Assembly: GCA_019240125.1 (NCBI GenBank)
Contig: JAFAYW010000339.1
Span: 30,607-94,606, forward strand
Source: Alphaproteobacteria bacterium
Lineage (GTDB): Bacteria; Pseudomonadota; Alphaproteobacteria; ATCC43930; CGMCC-115725
DNA: 64,000 nucleotides
Direction: 5' to 3'
Position numbers and translations under genes: made by a program. This document shows, piece after piece, positions 9,796 to 20,546 of this stretch. Every line of letters begins with the position of its first letter. Positions within the stretch are counted from its first letter, which is position 1. The notes under the pieces are model-generated. The model worked only from the letters and a program-made list of their open reading frames with translations, did not search any database and had not been told where the DNA came from.

Positions 9796-10183
9796 GGACG
9801 ACGTCCTCGGGAAGATGGTAAGCCGCGCCTTCAGTTTTGAGTCCCCCGTCAAACCCAACAGCTTATTGCGAAACAAGGCACCTGCGCCGATTTTTCAATG
9901 GCTTGACAAGACCCACCGAACGACAAAGCAGGATCTACCGATCCGTATGCGTCAACCGAATCAGTGCTCTAGCAAACTGGAACTTCGCTGTCGAAACGCA
10001 GACGATCCGGCAAGCCCGGCGGCGCGCTCGTTTTGCGAATGAAATATGCCCGAATGGCACCGTATTCTTCTTGATCGGAATTAACATGTGTGGATTAAAT
10101 TATGTCAAATTAAGACTGATCGGCGGTTGTGCTCCGTCACGATGGCCCTGGTCTAAATCAGAAATTGAGCACCAGGGGGATTT

Positions 10184-12622
10184 GTGGCGATGGGCTTTCT
10201 GTCGTCGATCTTCAGCCAGAACGACTTGACGCCACACGGTTTTTGCCTTCTTTGGCGACCGGAACTGATCTGGCTCGACGCCGGGTCAGACGCTCTGATT
10301 GCACTCTCTTACTACTCCATCCCGATCGCATTGCTGGTAATCTTGAGCCGACGGCGCGACTTGGCGTTCGGGTGGATGCTCGGACTGTTCGCGGCGTTCA
10401 TTCTGGCATGTGGGACGACGCATTGGCTCGATGCGGTAACGCTCTGGTATCCTGATTACACAGCGCAAGCCTTGGCAAAGCTTGTGACTGCGGCGCTCTC
10501 GCTTGCGACCGCCATCATCGCATGGCCTATGTTACCTCGCATACTGGCGTTGCCATCTCCCGATACATTGCAAAGGTTAAATGCTCAGCTGCAAGAAGAG
10601 GTGGCGGAGCGCACGCAGGCTGAAAGGGCTCTGCGGGAGCTCAATAATGCCTTGGATAAGCAAGTTGAGGCGCGAACAGCAGAGTTAAGATTAGCGGCAG
10701 AAGAGTTAGCAACAGCGAATCAAAATCTCAGCGCGATCTTTGACGCCTGTCCTCTGGCGATCATCGGTCGCGACGCGCACGGCGTCGTCACGATTTGCAA
10801 TGCAGCTGCCGAAAGCATCTACGGGATATCGGCCGCGAAGATGATCGGCAGCTGTGAATTTTCCTCTGATGCAATACGTGAGTATATTGACGCTCTCATG
10901 CGCGGACAGTCCATCCGTGAGCGAAGTATCACCAGCTTTAATCGGCTATCGGGAGCGACGATCAATTTACGGCTCACCGGCGCACCGATCTACAAAGGAA
11001 ATGGCGAAATCGCCGGAATAATCAGCCTCTCGGAGGATGTCACCGAGGAGGCGCAGACGGCAGCCCAGTTGCAACAGAGCGAAGAGCGTTATCGCAACCT
11101 TGTCGACAATATGGTCGAAGCCGTCATCATGATTAACGAGGATGGCCTTATCCAAGAATTCAATAAGGCCGCGGAGCGGTTAACTGGCTACACTCGAGCG
11201 GACGTGCTTGGCAAAAATGTAAGCCTGTTGCTGCCGTCAGATCTGCGAGCAAGCCACGGTCAATACATCCGCCACTATAGGACCACTGGAGAAGCAAGGA
11301 TAATCGGCATCGGTCGCGATGTCGAAGCATGCCGCAACGACGGCGTTTTAATTCCGGTTCGGCTGGCCGTGTCAGAATGCTGGTCGGGCGGTCAACTATA
11401 CTTCACGGGAACACTCGAAGATTTGAGTGCCAGGCGTGCCCTGGAGCGCGAGAAGGAGCGCATCGAGGATCAGCTTAGACAAGCACAAAAAATGCAAGTT
11501 ATCGGCCAGATCGCAGGCGGCGTTGCGCACGATTTCAATAATCTTCTCAATGTCATTACTCTGACACTTGAATTGATCGGTCAGATGGTTGCCGGTGACA
11601 CTACTGAAGTGCCCGTCTTGGTCACTGAAGCATTAACAGCAGCGCTTCGTGGCGCGGAGATCACTAAACACTTACTGGCCTTTGCCCGACGTCAGCCACT
11701 TAATCCAAAACCGCTTAACGTCAACGATGTTCTTACGAGGGTTTGGAGCCTTCTGCAGCGAGTTATTGGCGAACAGATCGAGAGCGAGCTGCGGTTGGCG
11801 GCAGGGTTATGGCCGGTTTATGCCGACGAAACCCAGCTCACGGCGGCATTGACCAATCTGGCGACCAATGCGCGGGACGCCATGTCCTACGGCGGGAGCC
11901 TGACACTGACCGCCTTCAACACGACACTAGACGCTGGTTTTGCACAAGATAGCGACGTCGTACCGGGGGAATACGTAGCCATCGAGGTGCGCGACACCGG
12001 CACTGGTATGGCCGTGGAGGTTATCGACCAGATATTCGAACCATTCTTCACCACGAAGCCCGTTGGCGAGGGTACTGGGCTCGGCTTGTCCATGGTCTTC
12101 GGCTTCATGAAGCAGTCCCGCGGCCATGTCACAGTCGAAAGTGCTGTCGGTCAAGGCACCTGTTTTCGGCTCTATCTACCGCGTGCGTTGGAAGCAGCCG
12201 CATCGCTTGACACCACGTCAACGCCAGTGCCGATCGTCCAGAATGAAGGTGTCACAATTCTCTTGGTCGACGATGACGACGGGGTCCGTCGGGCCGTTTC
12301 GTTCAACCTAACCACTCTCGGCTATCGCGTTGTTACCGCGGCCAACGCGGCTGAAGCCATCGAAATCCTGCACGACGAGCGCGTCGATCTGCTTTTCTCA
12401 GATGTGGTTATGCCCGGAAAGATGGACGGCCTCGATCTAAATTGCTACGCGCAGCAGCACTGGCCGCAGCTAAGGACCATTCTGGTTTCTGGCAATCCCG
12501 AGGCGCGGCGCAAGTTGGAGGGCAGCCAGGCTGGCATGCAATTGCTGGTCAAACCATATAGGCAGGCAGAGCTTATCCAAGCTCTCAACGAAGCACTTGC
12601 GCGCCCGGTTACAACCTGCTGA
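10184..12622 (+). CDS. Membrane-bound PAS-domain hybrid histidine kinase (multi-TM N-terminus, coiled coil, two PAS, HisKA, HATPase_c, C-terminal REC)
   Basis: 4-5 hydrophobic helices in the first ~120 aa. Two PAS-like blocks follow. H-box GGVAHDFNNLLNVI, N-box LATNARDAM, G1 RDTGTGM, G2 GTGLGLSMV. Receiver ILLVDDDDGVRRAV...DLLFSDVVMPGKMDG...LVKPY. Codon usage is visibly more A/T-rich (TTA, AAA, GAA, AAT) than in neighbouring genes. Confidence 0.9.
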   Translation: MAMGFLSSIFSQNDLTPHGFCLLWRPELIWLDAGSDALIALSYYSIPIALLVILSRRRDLAFGWMLGLFAAFILACGTTHWLDAVTLWYPDYTAQALAKLVTAALSLATAIIAWPMLPRILALPSPDTLQRLNAQLQEEVAERTQAERALRELNNALDKQVEARTAELRLAAEELATANQNLSAIFDACPLAIIGRDAHGVVTICNAAAESIYGISAAKMIGSCEFSSDAIREYIDALMRGQSIRERSITSFNRLSGATINLRLTGAPIYKGNGEIAGIISLSEDVTEEAQTAAQLQQSEERYRNLVDNMVEAVIMINEDGLIQEFNKAAERLTGYTRADVLGKNVSLLLPSDLRASHGQYIRHYRTTGEARIIGIGRDVEACRNDGVLIPVRLAVSECWSGGQLYFTGTLEDLSARRALEREKERIEDQLRQAQKMQVIGQIAGGVAHDFNNLLNVITLTLELIGQMVAGDTTEVPVLVTEALTAALRGAEITKHLLAFARRQPLNPKPLNVNDVLTRVWSLLQRVIGEQIESELRLAAGLWPVYADETQLTAALTNLATNARDAMSYGGSLTLTAFNTTLDAGFAQDSDVVPGEYVAIEVRDTGTGMAVEVIDQIFEPFFTTKPVGEGTGLGLSMVFGFMKQSRGHVTVESAVGQGTCFRLYLPRALEAAASLDTTSTPVPIVQNEGVTILLVDDDDGVRRAVSFNLTTLGYRVVTAANAAEAIEILHDERVDLLFSDVVMPGKMDGLDLNCYAQQHWPQLRTILVSGNPEARRKLEGSQAGMQLLVKPYRQAELIQALNEALARPVTTC

Positions 12623-12859
12623 TTGAATAAATGAGCCCACCGCTACGGTGATGCTGAGAGCCCGCACGTCGCGCGTTTTTGCAGCGCCCGCCGCGCCGAC
12701 GAAGCGGTGTCATGCCGACTGCAAAGTCGCGCTAAATCACCGAGCCGGCCGTTGGCCCGATGTCTGGCGCAACGCGACCTCTACCGTTTCCGCGGGGCGT
12801 TCAAGGGCGTATTGCGCCGCGAAAGCCTCGCCGTCGATCCAAGGTGGAAGCGTGGGAGG

Positions 12860-13237
12860 TCAGCCAAAGCTCGCTTGCGCAGGCGCCACATCTCTCGCTA
12901 AAGCGCTCTGCACAGCCTGGACTAGGTCCAGCGCCAAGGGTTTGTGCAGAAAGCGTGTGACACCCACATCGGCGGCCCGCGCTTCGATGTCGGGGTCGAA
13001 TGCGGCACTGAACATCAGCACCGGCACCGAGGCACCTATTGCACGCCGGAACTGGCGGATGACCTGCACGCCATTAAGCCCATGTATGTCCTGGTCAACA
13101 ATTAGGAGCGCGACACTCGGCAGCTCCGCAAGAAACTGGGCTCCATTTTCATAGGCGACGACCGTGAAATCGTATGCTGTAAACAGGAACCGCAACGCGT
13201 CCCGCACCGCATCGTCGTCGTCAATAATAGCGATCAT
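12860..13237 (-). CDS. Single-domain response regulator (CheY-like receiver, 125 aa)
   Basis: Internal ATG (13237-13235) of ORF 12860..13600 gives MIAIIDDDDAVRDALRFLF...LLIVDQDIHGLNG...VLMFSA...FLHKP, a complete receiver fold pattern. The 121 codons upstream are not protein-like. Confidence 0.8.
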   Translation of the reverse strand: MIAIIDDDDAVRDALRFLFTAYDFTVVAYENGAQFLAELPSVALLIVDQDIHGLNGVQVIRQFRRAIGASVPVLMFSAAFDPDIEARAADVGVTRFLHKPLALDLVQAVQSALARDVAPAQASFG

Positions 13238-13599
13238 CGGCGTTGATGATCGACAATAGCGTGGCCAAGAAGTTATCGTCATTCGTTGCTCATCTTTGCC
13301 CGGATTGGCCACCACTGTGTGGCGCATTATCTTCGCCACTATACCCTCAGCGCAATGAGCCCGCGTGAATCGACCGTGAAATTCAGGGCGTGAATTGCGC
13401 CCAGGAGGATTACTCCATCCGGCTGTGGCCTGAAATGCCTTCTCAGAGCCATTCACGGGACGTGAAACAGACGCCAGACCAAACGAATTAGGACCTATCA
13501 CGGAAGATCGGGCTCTTCGCAGGACGCCCATTGCTGATAGTAAATGCAGATGCCCCTTAATTGCGGCGATTGTGTCTCCCAAGTCAGGAGATTCGCTCA

Positions 13600-13824
13600 A
13601 TGATCTCCGTGAACGTCGAGCACATCGATGCGGCTGCAGTGCTGCGGGAGCTCGTGAACTCGCTTACGGCGGTGAACGCCTACGTGGAGGCATTGCGGTC
13701 TGGCCGGAGTGCACTGGCGCCCGAACAATTAACGTCCACTATAGATAAGACCGCGGCGCAATGCCGGCGCGCTGGCGCAGCAGTAGAGCGCCTTCAGCTA
13801 GTCATGGGCGATCAGGATACCTAG
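13600..13824 (+). CDS. Small DHp-like ORF (74 aa) resembling the HisKA helix pair of FixL/NtrB-type kinases, with Arg where the phospho-accepting His should be; possibly a kinase remnant
   Basis: ATG at 13600 is preceded by AGGAG (13586-13590). LRELVNSLTAVNAYVEALR...IDKTAAQCRRAGAAVERLQ parallels the canonical AHELNQPLTAI.NY.EA.R...ldk...Q..RAG.Ii.RLR DHp pattern. Shifted frames downstream hold kinase-like fragments (RFQQSVDATKLIQQVAS). Confidence 0.4.
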   Translation: MISVNVEHIDAAAVLRELVNSLTAVNAYVEALRSGRSALAPEQLTSTIDKTAAQCRRAGAAVERLQLVMGDQDT

Positions 13825-14340
13825 GTTGGCCGGCAAGAAACGGCATCCGCTTTCAGCAGAGCGTCGATGCGACCAAGCTTATTCAGCAAGTCGCCTCTAC
13901 AACATCGACGTCAACGGCCCGGAACATGCGATCATTGTCGCGAATTGCGCATCACGCGACGCACTCAGCGACCCGCGGCGTCTGCACCTTGCGATCGCCT
14001 AGAACGCGCAGATGATGAAGCGGTTGGCCGGTAAGCGGCCGACACGCAATCCGGGGAGCGCTGCTCCCAGGCATGGCTGAACCACCCGCCCCAGTCAGGG
14101 GGCGGAGGGAGAGCTTGCCCATAGACCGGCATCGCTCCAAGGTAGATGGCCAACAGATGGCAGCTCTTGCTCGTCGTGTCGCGGTATTGCGCAGCCGGGT
14201 TGGTGGTTTCGCCGTTTCGCACGATCTTGTTCAGTCGGAATTCTTGAATTTCACCAGGCGCAGCCGGCAACGTGGGGCCTCAGCTGACAGAGATGATTTG
14301 AGTCCCTGGTGTCGGCTATCAGCTGCCTGCGGAGGCTTGC

Positions 14341-15561
14341 ATGAGTCAGGAGATAGCCGAGTCGTGGTTGCTGGCGACTGCCCTCATCCTGCTCTCGGTT
14401 CCGGCACTGGCGCAGCAGCCCGCACCGGGCGCCCCGCCCGCGGTCGGCGTGGCGCGGGCCGAGCGCCAGCAGATCACGCAACGCGACGAGTTCATCGGCC
14501 GGATCCAGGCAGTCGACCGGGTGGCGCTCATTGCCCGCGTCACCGGCTTTCTCCAAAAACGGCTCTTCGTCGAGGGCGCCGAGGTCAAGAAGGGCGACCT
14601 GCTCTACGAGATCGAGCAGCCGCCGTTTCAAGCGCAGGTCGACGCCGCGAAGGCCAATGTGGAGCAGCTGGACGCACAGCATCGTAATGCCGAATTGACC
14701 CTGGAGCGTGCCCAGGCACTGATGCGCGGACCGGCGGGCCAACAATCGAACGTCGATACCGCGCTCGCCTCCGAGCGCGCGCTGGCGGCGCAGATTGCCG
14801 GCGCGCGGGCGCAGCTGGAGACGGCGCAGATCAACCTCGGCTACACCGAGATGCGCGCACCGATCGACGGCAGGATCAGCGCGACCCAGATCACCGAAGG
14901 CAACGTCGTCTCGCCCACCAGCGGTACGCTGGCGACCATCGTCAGCCAGGATCCGATGTACGTGCAGTTCCCGATCTCGTTGCGCACCGGGCTTGATCTG
15001 CGCAACCGCTACGAAGCGAAGGGCGGGTTCAATGCCGTGATTGTGAAACTGCGCTTGCCGGATGGGCGGACCTATGGCCAGGAGGGCAAGCTCGATTACG
15101 TCTCGCCGACCGTCGCCACAAACACTGACACGATAACGTTGCGCGCGATGGTTCCCAACCCGTTGATCTCAGGCCTGCCGGCTCGAGGGCCGGCGCCCCG
15201 CGAACTGTTCGACGGCGAATTCGTCTCAGTGCTGCTCGAGGGCGTGCAGCCGATCACGGTGCTGGCGATCCCGCGCGCTGCCGTGTTGTCCGATCAACAG
15301 GGCGATTACGTTTACACCGTGGATGCACAGAACAAGGCGCAGATCCGCCGCCTTCAGCTCGGCCAGTCGACCCCGTCTCTGGCGGTGGTGACGAGCGGGC
15401 TAACGGATGGCGAAATGGTCATCAGCGAGGGTTTGCAACGCGTCCACCCTGGCGAAGTGGTATCGGCCGGGCCTGCGACCCCCGAGCCGGTGGTAGCACC
15501 GGGGCAAGCTAAAGACGGACCATCAAGTCCGTCCGCTCCCGAAGCGGGAGCAAAACCGTGA
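14341..15561 (+). CDS. RND efflux periplasmic adaptor (membrane fusion protein, AcrA/HlyD family)
   Basis: Signal/anchor [17 protein letters not shown]. Typical MFP motifs are present (G.I.A...V.L.ARV.G.L....[12 protein letters not shown]; [17 protein letters not shown]; coiled-coil hairpin region). The stop overlaps the RND gene start (GTGA). Confidence 0.9.
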   Translation: MSQEIAESWLLATALILLSVPALAQQPAPGAPPAVGVARAERQQITQRDEFIGRIQAVDRVALIARVTGFLQKRLFVEGAEVKKGDLLYEIEQPPFQAQVDAAKANVEQLDAQHRNAELTLERAQALMRGPAGQQSNVDTALASERALAAQIAGARAQLETAQINLGYTEMRAPIDGRISATQITEGNVVSPTSGTLATIVSQDPMYVQFPISLRTGLDLRNRYEAKGGFNAVIVKLRLPDGRTYGQEGKLDYVSPTVATNTDTITLRAMVPNPLISGLPARGPAPRELFDGEFVSVLLEGVQPITVLAIPRAAVLSDQQGDYVYTVDAQNKAQIRRLQLGQSTPSLAVVTSGLTDGEMVISEGLQRVHPGEVVSAGPATPEPVVAPGQAKDGPSSPSAPEAGAKP

Positions 15562-18500
15562 TCTCGGCGATCTTCGTCGACCGCCCTCGGCTGGCGGTTG
15601 TGATCGCCGTCGTGATCACCCTTGCCGGCTTGTTGGCACTGTCCCGCATCCCGGTGGCGCAACTACCCGACATCGTGCCGCCGCAGGTGACGGTCGCGGG
15701 GGTCTATCCCGGCGCCTCGGCAGCCGTGGTTGAAGCCAGCATCGCCCAGCCAATCGAGGCGCAAGTCGTCGGCGTGGACAAGATGCTCTACATGAAGTCG
15801 ACGAGCGGCAATGACGGCTCCTACAGCCTGACCGTCAGCTTTGCGCTCGGCAGCGATCCCGACATCGACACCGTCAACGTCAACAACCGCGTGCAAACCG
15901 CGCTCGCCCAACTGCCCGCCGAGGTCCAGTTAGAGGGGCTCACAGTCCAGAAAAAATCGGCGGCCGTCCTGCAATTCATCTCCCTCTATAGCGACAACGC
16001 TCAACAAGACCCTCTGTTCGTCACGAACTACGCGATCATCAACATCGTCGATGTGCTTTCGCGGCTGCCGGGGATCGGGCAGGCGCACATTTTCGGCGCG
16101 CTGAACTACTCGATGCGCATCTGGTTCGACACCCAGCGCCTCGACAATCTGCAATTGACCCCGGCCGACATTATCTCGGCAATCCAGGCGCAGAATGTGC
16201 AGGCGCCGGTCGGTCGGATCGGCGCGCGGCCGATCGGCCATGATCAGCAGTTTCAACTGAACATTCAGACGCAGGGCCGGCTCACAACGCCGGAACAGTT
16301 TGGCAACATTGTTCTGCGCGCCAACCCCGACGGCTCACTGCTGCGCGTGCACGACGTGGCCCGGATAGAACTCGGCGCTCAGAACGAAGATGTCGAGGGC
16401 CGCTATAACGGCGAACCGGCCGTCGCGATCGGGCTCTATCTCTCGCCGGGTGCCAACGCCGTTACAACCGCCGCTTCAGTCATCGCGACGATGGGCCGCT
16501 TGGCGCAGCGCTTTCCGCCCGGTCTCCACTACGTCGTCAATTACGATACGACGATCTTCGTGCGCGACACGATCCACGACGTGCTGGTGACACTGGCGAT
16601 CGCGTTCGCGCTGGTCGTCATCGTCGTCTTCCTCTTTCTCGGGAGTTTGCGCGCGACGATCATCCCGGCGATCGCCGTGCCGGTCAGCGTCATCGGCACC
16701 TTCGCGGTGCTGTTGGTCATGGGGTACTCCGCCAACACCGTGTCGCTGCTGGCGATGGTGCTGGCTATCGGCATCCTGGTCGACGATGCCATCGTCGTCG
16801 TCGAAAATGTCGAGCGGGTGCTGGAGGAAAATCCGCTTCTGTCGCCGGCCGCGGCCACCAAACAGGCGATGACCGAGATCACCGCGCCGATTATCGCGAT
16901 CACCTTGGTGCTGCTGTCGGTGTTTGTACCGGTGGCGTTCATCCCGGGCATTTCAGGGCAGTTATTCCGGCAATTTGCGGTGACGATCAGCGTCGCAATG
17001 TTGATCTCCGCGCTCAACGCACTGACCCTATCGCCTGCCCTGTGCGCGATTTTCCTGCGCCACCGCGGCGTGCCTCGCGGGCCAATGGGCTGGGTGTTGC
17101 GGCGTATCGACAATGTTCGTGACGGCTATGCCTCCATTGTAACCCGCCTGGTGCGCGTTTCTCTATTCGGCGTCGTGCTGGTCGCGGTGAGTGCCGCGGC
17201 GATTTGGGGGCTGGCGCTGATCACACCTACCGGCTTCCTGCCGGAAGAGGATCAGGGCGCCTTCTTTGTCGTCGTGCAATTGCCCGACGGCGCCTCGGTC
17301 TATCGCACGCGAGAGGCGGTCAGCCGTATCACCAAGCTGCTACGGCAGATGCCGCAGGTGGATAAGGTATTCTCGATCAACGGCTTTTCGATCATTGACG
17401 GGGTCAACGAGTCGAACGCCGGGTTCATCGTCCCACTATTAAAGCCGTTTGCCGACCGCGCCGGAACGGCCGCTTCGGCGCAGGCATTGATCGGCCGTGT
17501 TTTCGCTGAAGGCAGGGAGGTGCGCAGCGCCAATGTCATCGCGTTCAACCTGCCGCCCATCATTGGGCTCTCGACCACCGGCGGGTTTGAGTACGATCTT
17601 GAGGCGCTGGAAGGACAAGAGCCCGCGGCGATGAACGGTGTCATGCAGGGCCTCGTCGCCAATGCCAATCATGATCCGCGGCTCGCACGCGTGTTCTCAA
17701 CCTATACCGCCAACAACCCATCGATCTTTCTCGACATCGACCGCGAGAAAGCGCAGGCACTCGGGCTGGGCATGAACGATGTGTTCGGCGCCCTGCAGGC
17801 CACGTTGGGCGGCGTCTATATCAACAATTTCAATCTGTTTGGACGGGTTTGGCAGGTCAACATCCAGGGCGAGGCCGCCGACCGCAGCGATGTCTCCTCG
17901 CTGTGGAAGATCTACATCCGCAACAAATACGGCACGGACGTACCATTGCGCTCTATCGCGGATGCCCGGGTCGTCGTCGGCCCGCAGGTCATCACGCGCT
18001 ACAACAACTACAGGGCAATCCCGATTCAGGGCAGCCCCGCCGCGGGGATCTCCTCGGGCAGCGCGCTCGCGGCGATGGCCGACGTCTCCGGAAAAACCTT
18101 GCCCTCCGGCTACGGTTACGAATGGACCGGCACCGCCTATCAAGAGGTGGCCGCTTCCGGACAGACCGGTGCGATTCTCGGGCTCGCCGTGCTGTTCGCG
18201 TTTCTGTTTCTTGTCGCGCTTTACGAAAGCTGGATGATCCCGATCCCGGTTCTGCTTTCGGTCCCGATAGGCGTCGTAGGGGCGTTTCTCGGCATCCTGC
18301 TCTTTCGTCTGCAGCTTGACCTCTATGCCGAAATCGGCCTTGTCGTACTGATCGCGATGGCGGCGAAGAACGGTATCCTGATCGTTGAATTCGCCAAGGA
18401 CCAGCGCGAGCAAGGGAAGGACATCCGCGAAGCGGCCGTGCTCGGCGCACGAATGCGGTTTCGCGCGGTCATGATGACCTCGTTCGCCTTCATTCTCGGC

Positions 18501-18701
18501 GTCTATCCGCTCGTCGTTGCGCAAGGTGCCGCGGAAATCAGCCGGCACGATGTCGGAACCCCCGTGTTTGCTGGCATGATCGCGGCGAGCGCGATCGGGC
18601 TGTTCGTCATCCCAATGCTTTACGTCACATTTCAGACCTTGCGCGAGCGCACCAGCGCGCGATTCGGGAACGCGTCGGCGCGAGCAGGCAAAACCGGGTA
18701 A
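15558..18701 (+). CDS. RND multidrug efflux permease (AcrB/HAE1 family, 1047 aa)
   Basis: [23 protein letters not shown] start, 12-TM pattern, conserved [20 protein letters not shown] and [20 protein letters not shown] motifs. Confidence 0.95.
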   Translation: MISAIFVDRPRLAVVIAVVITLAGLLALSRIPVAQLPDIVPPQVTVAGVYPGASAAVVEASIAQPIEAQVVGVDKMLYMKSTSGNDGSYSLTVSFALGSDPDIDTVNVNNRVQTALAQLPAEVQLEGLTVQKKSAAVLQFISLYSDNAQQDPLFVTNYAIINIVDVLSRLPGIGQAHIFGALNYSMRIWFDTQRLDNLQLTPADIISAIQAQNVQAPVGRIGARPIGHDQQFQLNIQTQGRLTTPEQFGNIVLRANPDGSLLRVHDVARIELGAQNEDVEGRYNGEPAVAIGLYLSPGANAVTTAASVIATMGRLAQRFPPGLHYVVNYDTTIFVRDTIHDVLVTLAIAFALVVIVVFLFLGSLRATIIPAIAVPVSVIGTFAVLLVMGYSANTVSLLAMVLAIGILVDDAIVVVENVERVLEENPLLSPAAATKQAMTEITAPIIAITLVLLSVFVPVAFIPGISGQLFRQFAVTISVAMLISALNALTLSPALCAIFLRHRGVPRGPMGWVLRRIDNVRDGYASIVTRLVRVSLFGVVLVAVSAAAIWGLALITPTGFLPEEDQGAFFVVVQLPDGASVYRTREAVSRITKLLRQMPQVDKVFSINGFSIIDGVNESNAGFIVPLLKPFADRAGTAASAQALIGRVFAEGREVRSANVIAFNLPPIIGLSTTGGFEYDLEALEGQEPAAMNGVMQGLVANANHDPRLARVFSTYTANNPSIFLDIDREKAQALGLGMNDVFGALQATLGGVYINNFNLFGRVWQVNIQGEAADRSDVSSLWKIYIRNKYGTDVPLRSIADARVVVGPQVITRYNNYRAIPIQGSPAAGISSGSALAAMADVSGKTLPSGYGYEWTGTAYQEVAASGQTGAILGLAVLFAFLFLVALYESWMIPIPVLLSVPIGVVGAFLGILLFRLQLDLYAEIGLVVLIAMAAKNGILIVEFAKDQREQGKDIREAAVLGARMRFRAVMMTSFAFILGVYPLVVAQGAAEISRHDVGTPVFAGMIAASAIGLFVIPMLYVTFQTLRERTSARFGNASARAGKTG

Positions 18702-18789
18702 GGGTGCACTCCAGGTCGCGTCGGATGACTGCTTTCGGCACCCAGCAGCCGGCAGGTCGCCCTTGTGGGTGAACGAACAATTCGAGTGG

Positions 18790-19986
18790 TTACAGCGCAT
18801 TCCGCTGCGGTACAGGCCTTCCTTGGCGCAGCATGTTGACGCCGACCAGAATGGCCGGCACGGCGCAGGCCATCCAACTGGCGCCGTAGCCAGAGGTCAG
18901 ACTGAGCAGCAGCGAAAAGACCCCGGGGAGTGCCAGTGCACCGATCTGACCAAACGACAGCACTCCGCCAGTCACCAAGCCCACTTGTCCGTGCGGGGCA
19001 AGACGCGCGGCTTCCGACAGCGTGATGCCGTGCCAGGACATCGCCGTGGCGCTGACCACCATTGCCACAGCCCCTATCTCCAGCAACGGCCAGTCCGGCG
19101 TACAGGCGCCGAGGAGCCCAATGCTGATGGCCATGCCGAAGGCCAGTCCGCCCAACACGAATTGTGGCGCGACATAGAAGCCGCCCACCCAAGCCCATAA
19201 AATGCGGCCCGGCAACGCCACCGCCATGACGGTCGAATACAGCGATCCGGCCGCGATAAGAGGATGCCCCAGTGCGGTCATGTAGGTAACGAAATACGCG
19301 ACGAACACGGCCTGAGTGCCATTGAACGCGAAGCACGCGAATGACAGCGATCGTAGTTCAGGGACCGCTAGCACCGCGGTTACCGTGGTGCGCAGGTCCG
19401 ACAGGCGGATCGGATGCCTCGGTGACGGTTCTGTATCGAGCCGGCCGTGTAATGGCTGCAGCAGCAACGCGACGGCCCAGCACAGCGCCGCGCTCGCCAG
19501 CATTGTGTCCCGCCAGCCAAAAGAGTGCGCCGTCACCGGAGCAAGATAGCCGGTGAGCAGAATGCCCGCGGGGATGGCGCACTGGGCTATGGAGAAGGCA
19601 AAGGGGGCATATCGCTTGACAGACCAGTGCCCCAGCAACTGGGAACTGGCCGGTGTGGCAACGGCAGCTACGCCGTTCCCGACTAAAGCCGACAGGACAA
19701 AACCAGCGGCGCCTCCCAGGACGGCCGCCGCCAGACCGGCGCCGGTAAACAGCAAGGCAATCTGGCTCATGCGGATAGCGCCGTGCCGGATGATGAAGCC
19801 ACCCGATCCCAATTGGCCGATCAGCGCAGCCAAAGCCGTCATCGAGAAATAAATTCCGACCCAAGCAGCATCGGCGTGCAGCTCTGCGATGATTAACGGC
19901 GCAAGCACCGCTGGCAGCGCTCGGGCGATCGAGCCGCAGGTCTGTTGCAGAAACATCGCCGCGACTGCGATCAGCATTTGGGTCAA
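18790..19986 (-). CDS. MFS transporter (12-TM, 398 aa)
   Basis: ORF track 18790..19986. Hydrophobic 12-helix pattern with a central loop (RLDTEPSPRHPIRLSDLR). Convergent with the RND gene. Confidence 0.85.
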   Translation of the reverse strand: MTQMLIAVAAMFLQQTCGSIARALPAVLAPLIIAELHADAAWVGIYFSMTALAALIGQLGSGGFIIRHGAIRMSQIALLFTGAGLAAAVLGGAAGFVLSALVGNGVAAVATPASSQLLGHWSVKRYAPFAFSIAQCAIPAGILLTGYLAPVTAHSFGWRDTMLASAALCWAVALLLQPLHGRLDTEPSPRHPIRLSDLRTTVTAVLAVPELRSLSFACFAFNGTQAVFVAYFVTYMTALGHPLIAAGSLYSTVMAVALPGRILWAWVGGFYVAPQFVLGGLAFGMAISIGLLGACTPDWPLLEIGAVAMVVSATAMSWHGITLSEAARLAPHGQVGLVTGGVLSFGQIGALALPGVFSLLLSLTSGYGASWMACAVPAILVGVNMLRQGRPVPQRNAL

Positions 19987-20197
19987 GTGAGCGCTTCCTC
20001 CGGATGAGTTGGTTCCAACCCATCGGTGTGCGTACTGGGAGCAACTTTATTGTTCGAATATTAGCCGACAATTCGCCGTCTCGCAGGCGCGCCGATCAGA
20101 GAAGAATTTTCATCGGTGTGTAAGCGCGTTCACATCCGGAACCTCGTGTGGTGGCTATCCTCGCTGTCGGTTGTTCAATTCGGACGAGGCCATCTCG

Positions 20198-20479
20198 ATG
20201 ACAACGACATCGCGTACTGCGCTTTTTGCGAGCACCGTGGCGCTGCTTATATCGATGGCAGATGCAAACAGCGCAGCCATGGCACAATCGCGGCCCCTGC
20301 CCTCTGTTTTTCCGTGGCCAGCCAGCAACGTCGCACCGACAAATTGCCCGCTTGCAACCGGCCGCTGCGTGTCCGAGGGCGGCTCTGTGTCCGCCCTCGC
20401 CGAACAAGCAGCGCAACCAGCACGCGCTTTGCGGTCCAACCCAGCCGAGTCCCATCTTACCGCTGTACAAGACCGCTGA
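20198..20479 (+). CDS. Small putative secreted protein (93 aa)
   Basis: Internal ATG at 20198 gives MTTTSRTALFASTVALLISMADANSAAMA, a plausible signal peptide. No recognisable family. Confidence 0.35.
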   Translation: MTTTSRTALFASTVALLISMADANSAAMAQSRPLPSVFPWPASNVAPTNCPLATGRCVSEGGSVSALAEQAAQPARALRSNPAESHLTAVQDR

Positions 20480-20546
20480 CCTACCAACCTGTAGCGCCTG
20501 ACCGCCTAGTACACGTCGCCGTCGCGATGCATGGGCAGACCTCAAG

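Noticed and set aside
13238-13600. N-terminal 121 codons of track ORF 12860..13600
   Set aside because: The sequence is not protein-like and lies in an AT-richer intergenic-looking stretch. The receiver domain is complete from the internal ATG at 13237. The same reasoning trimmed the track ORFs for purD (to 35543), the ABC ATPase (to 59776), the quinone oxidoreductase (to 41768), the glycosyltransferase (from 54189), EncFtn (from 46712) and TopIB (from 62352).
13965-14270. 101-aa minus-strand ORF upstream of the RND operon
   Set aside because: It has no recognisable motif and lies in the region that looks like decayed kinase remnants or the promoter of the RND operon. It cannot be supported.
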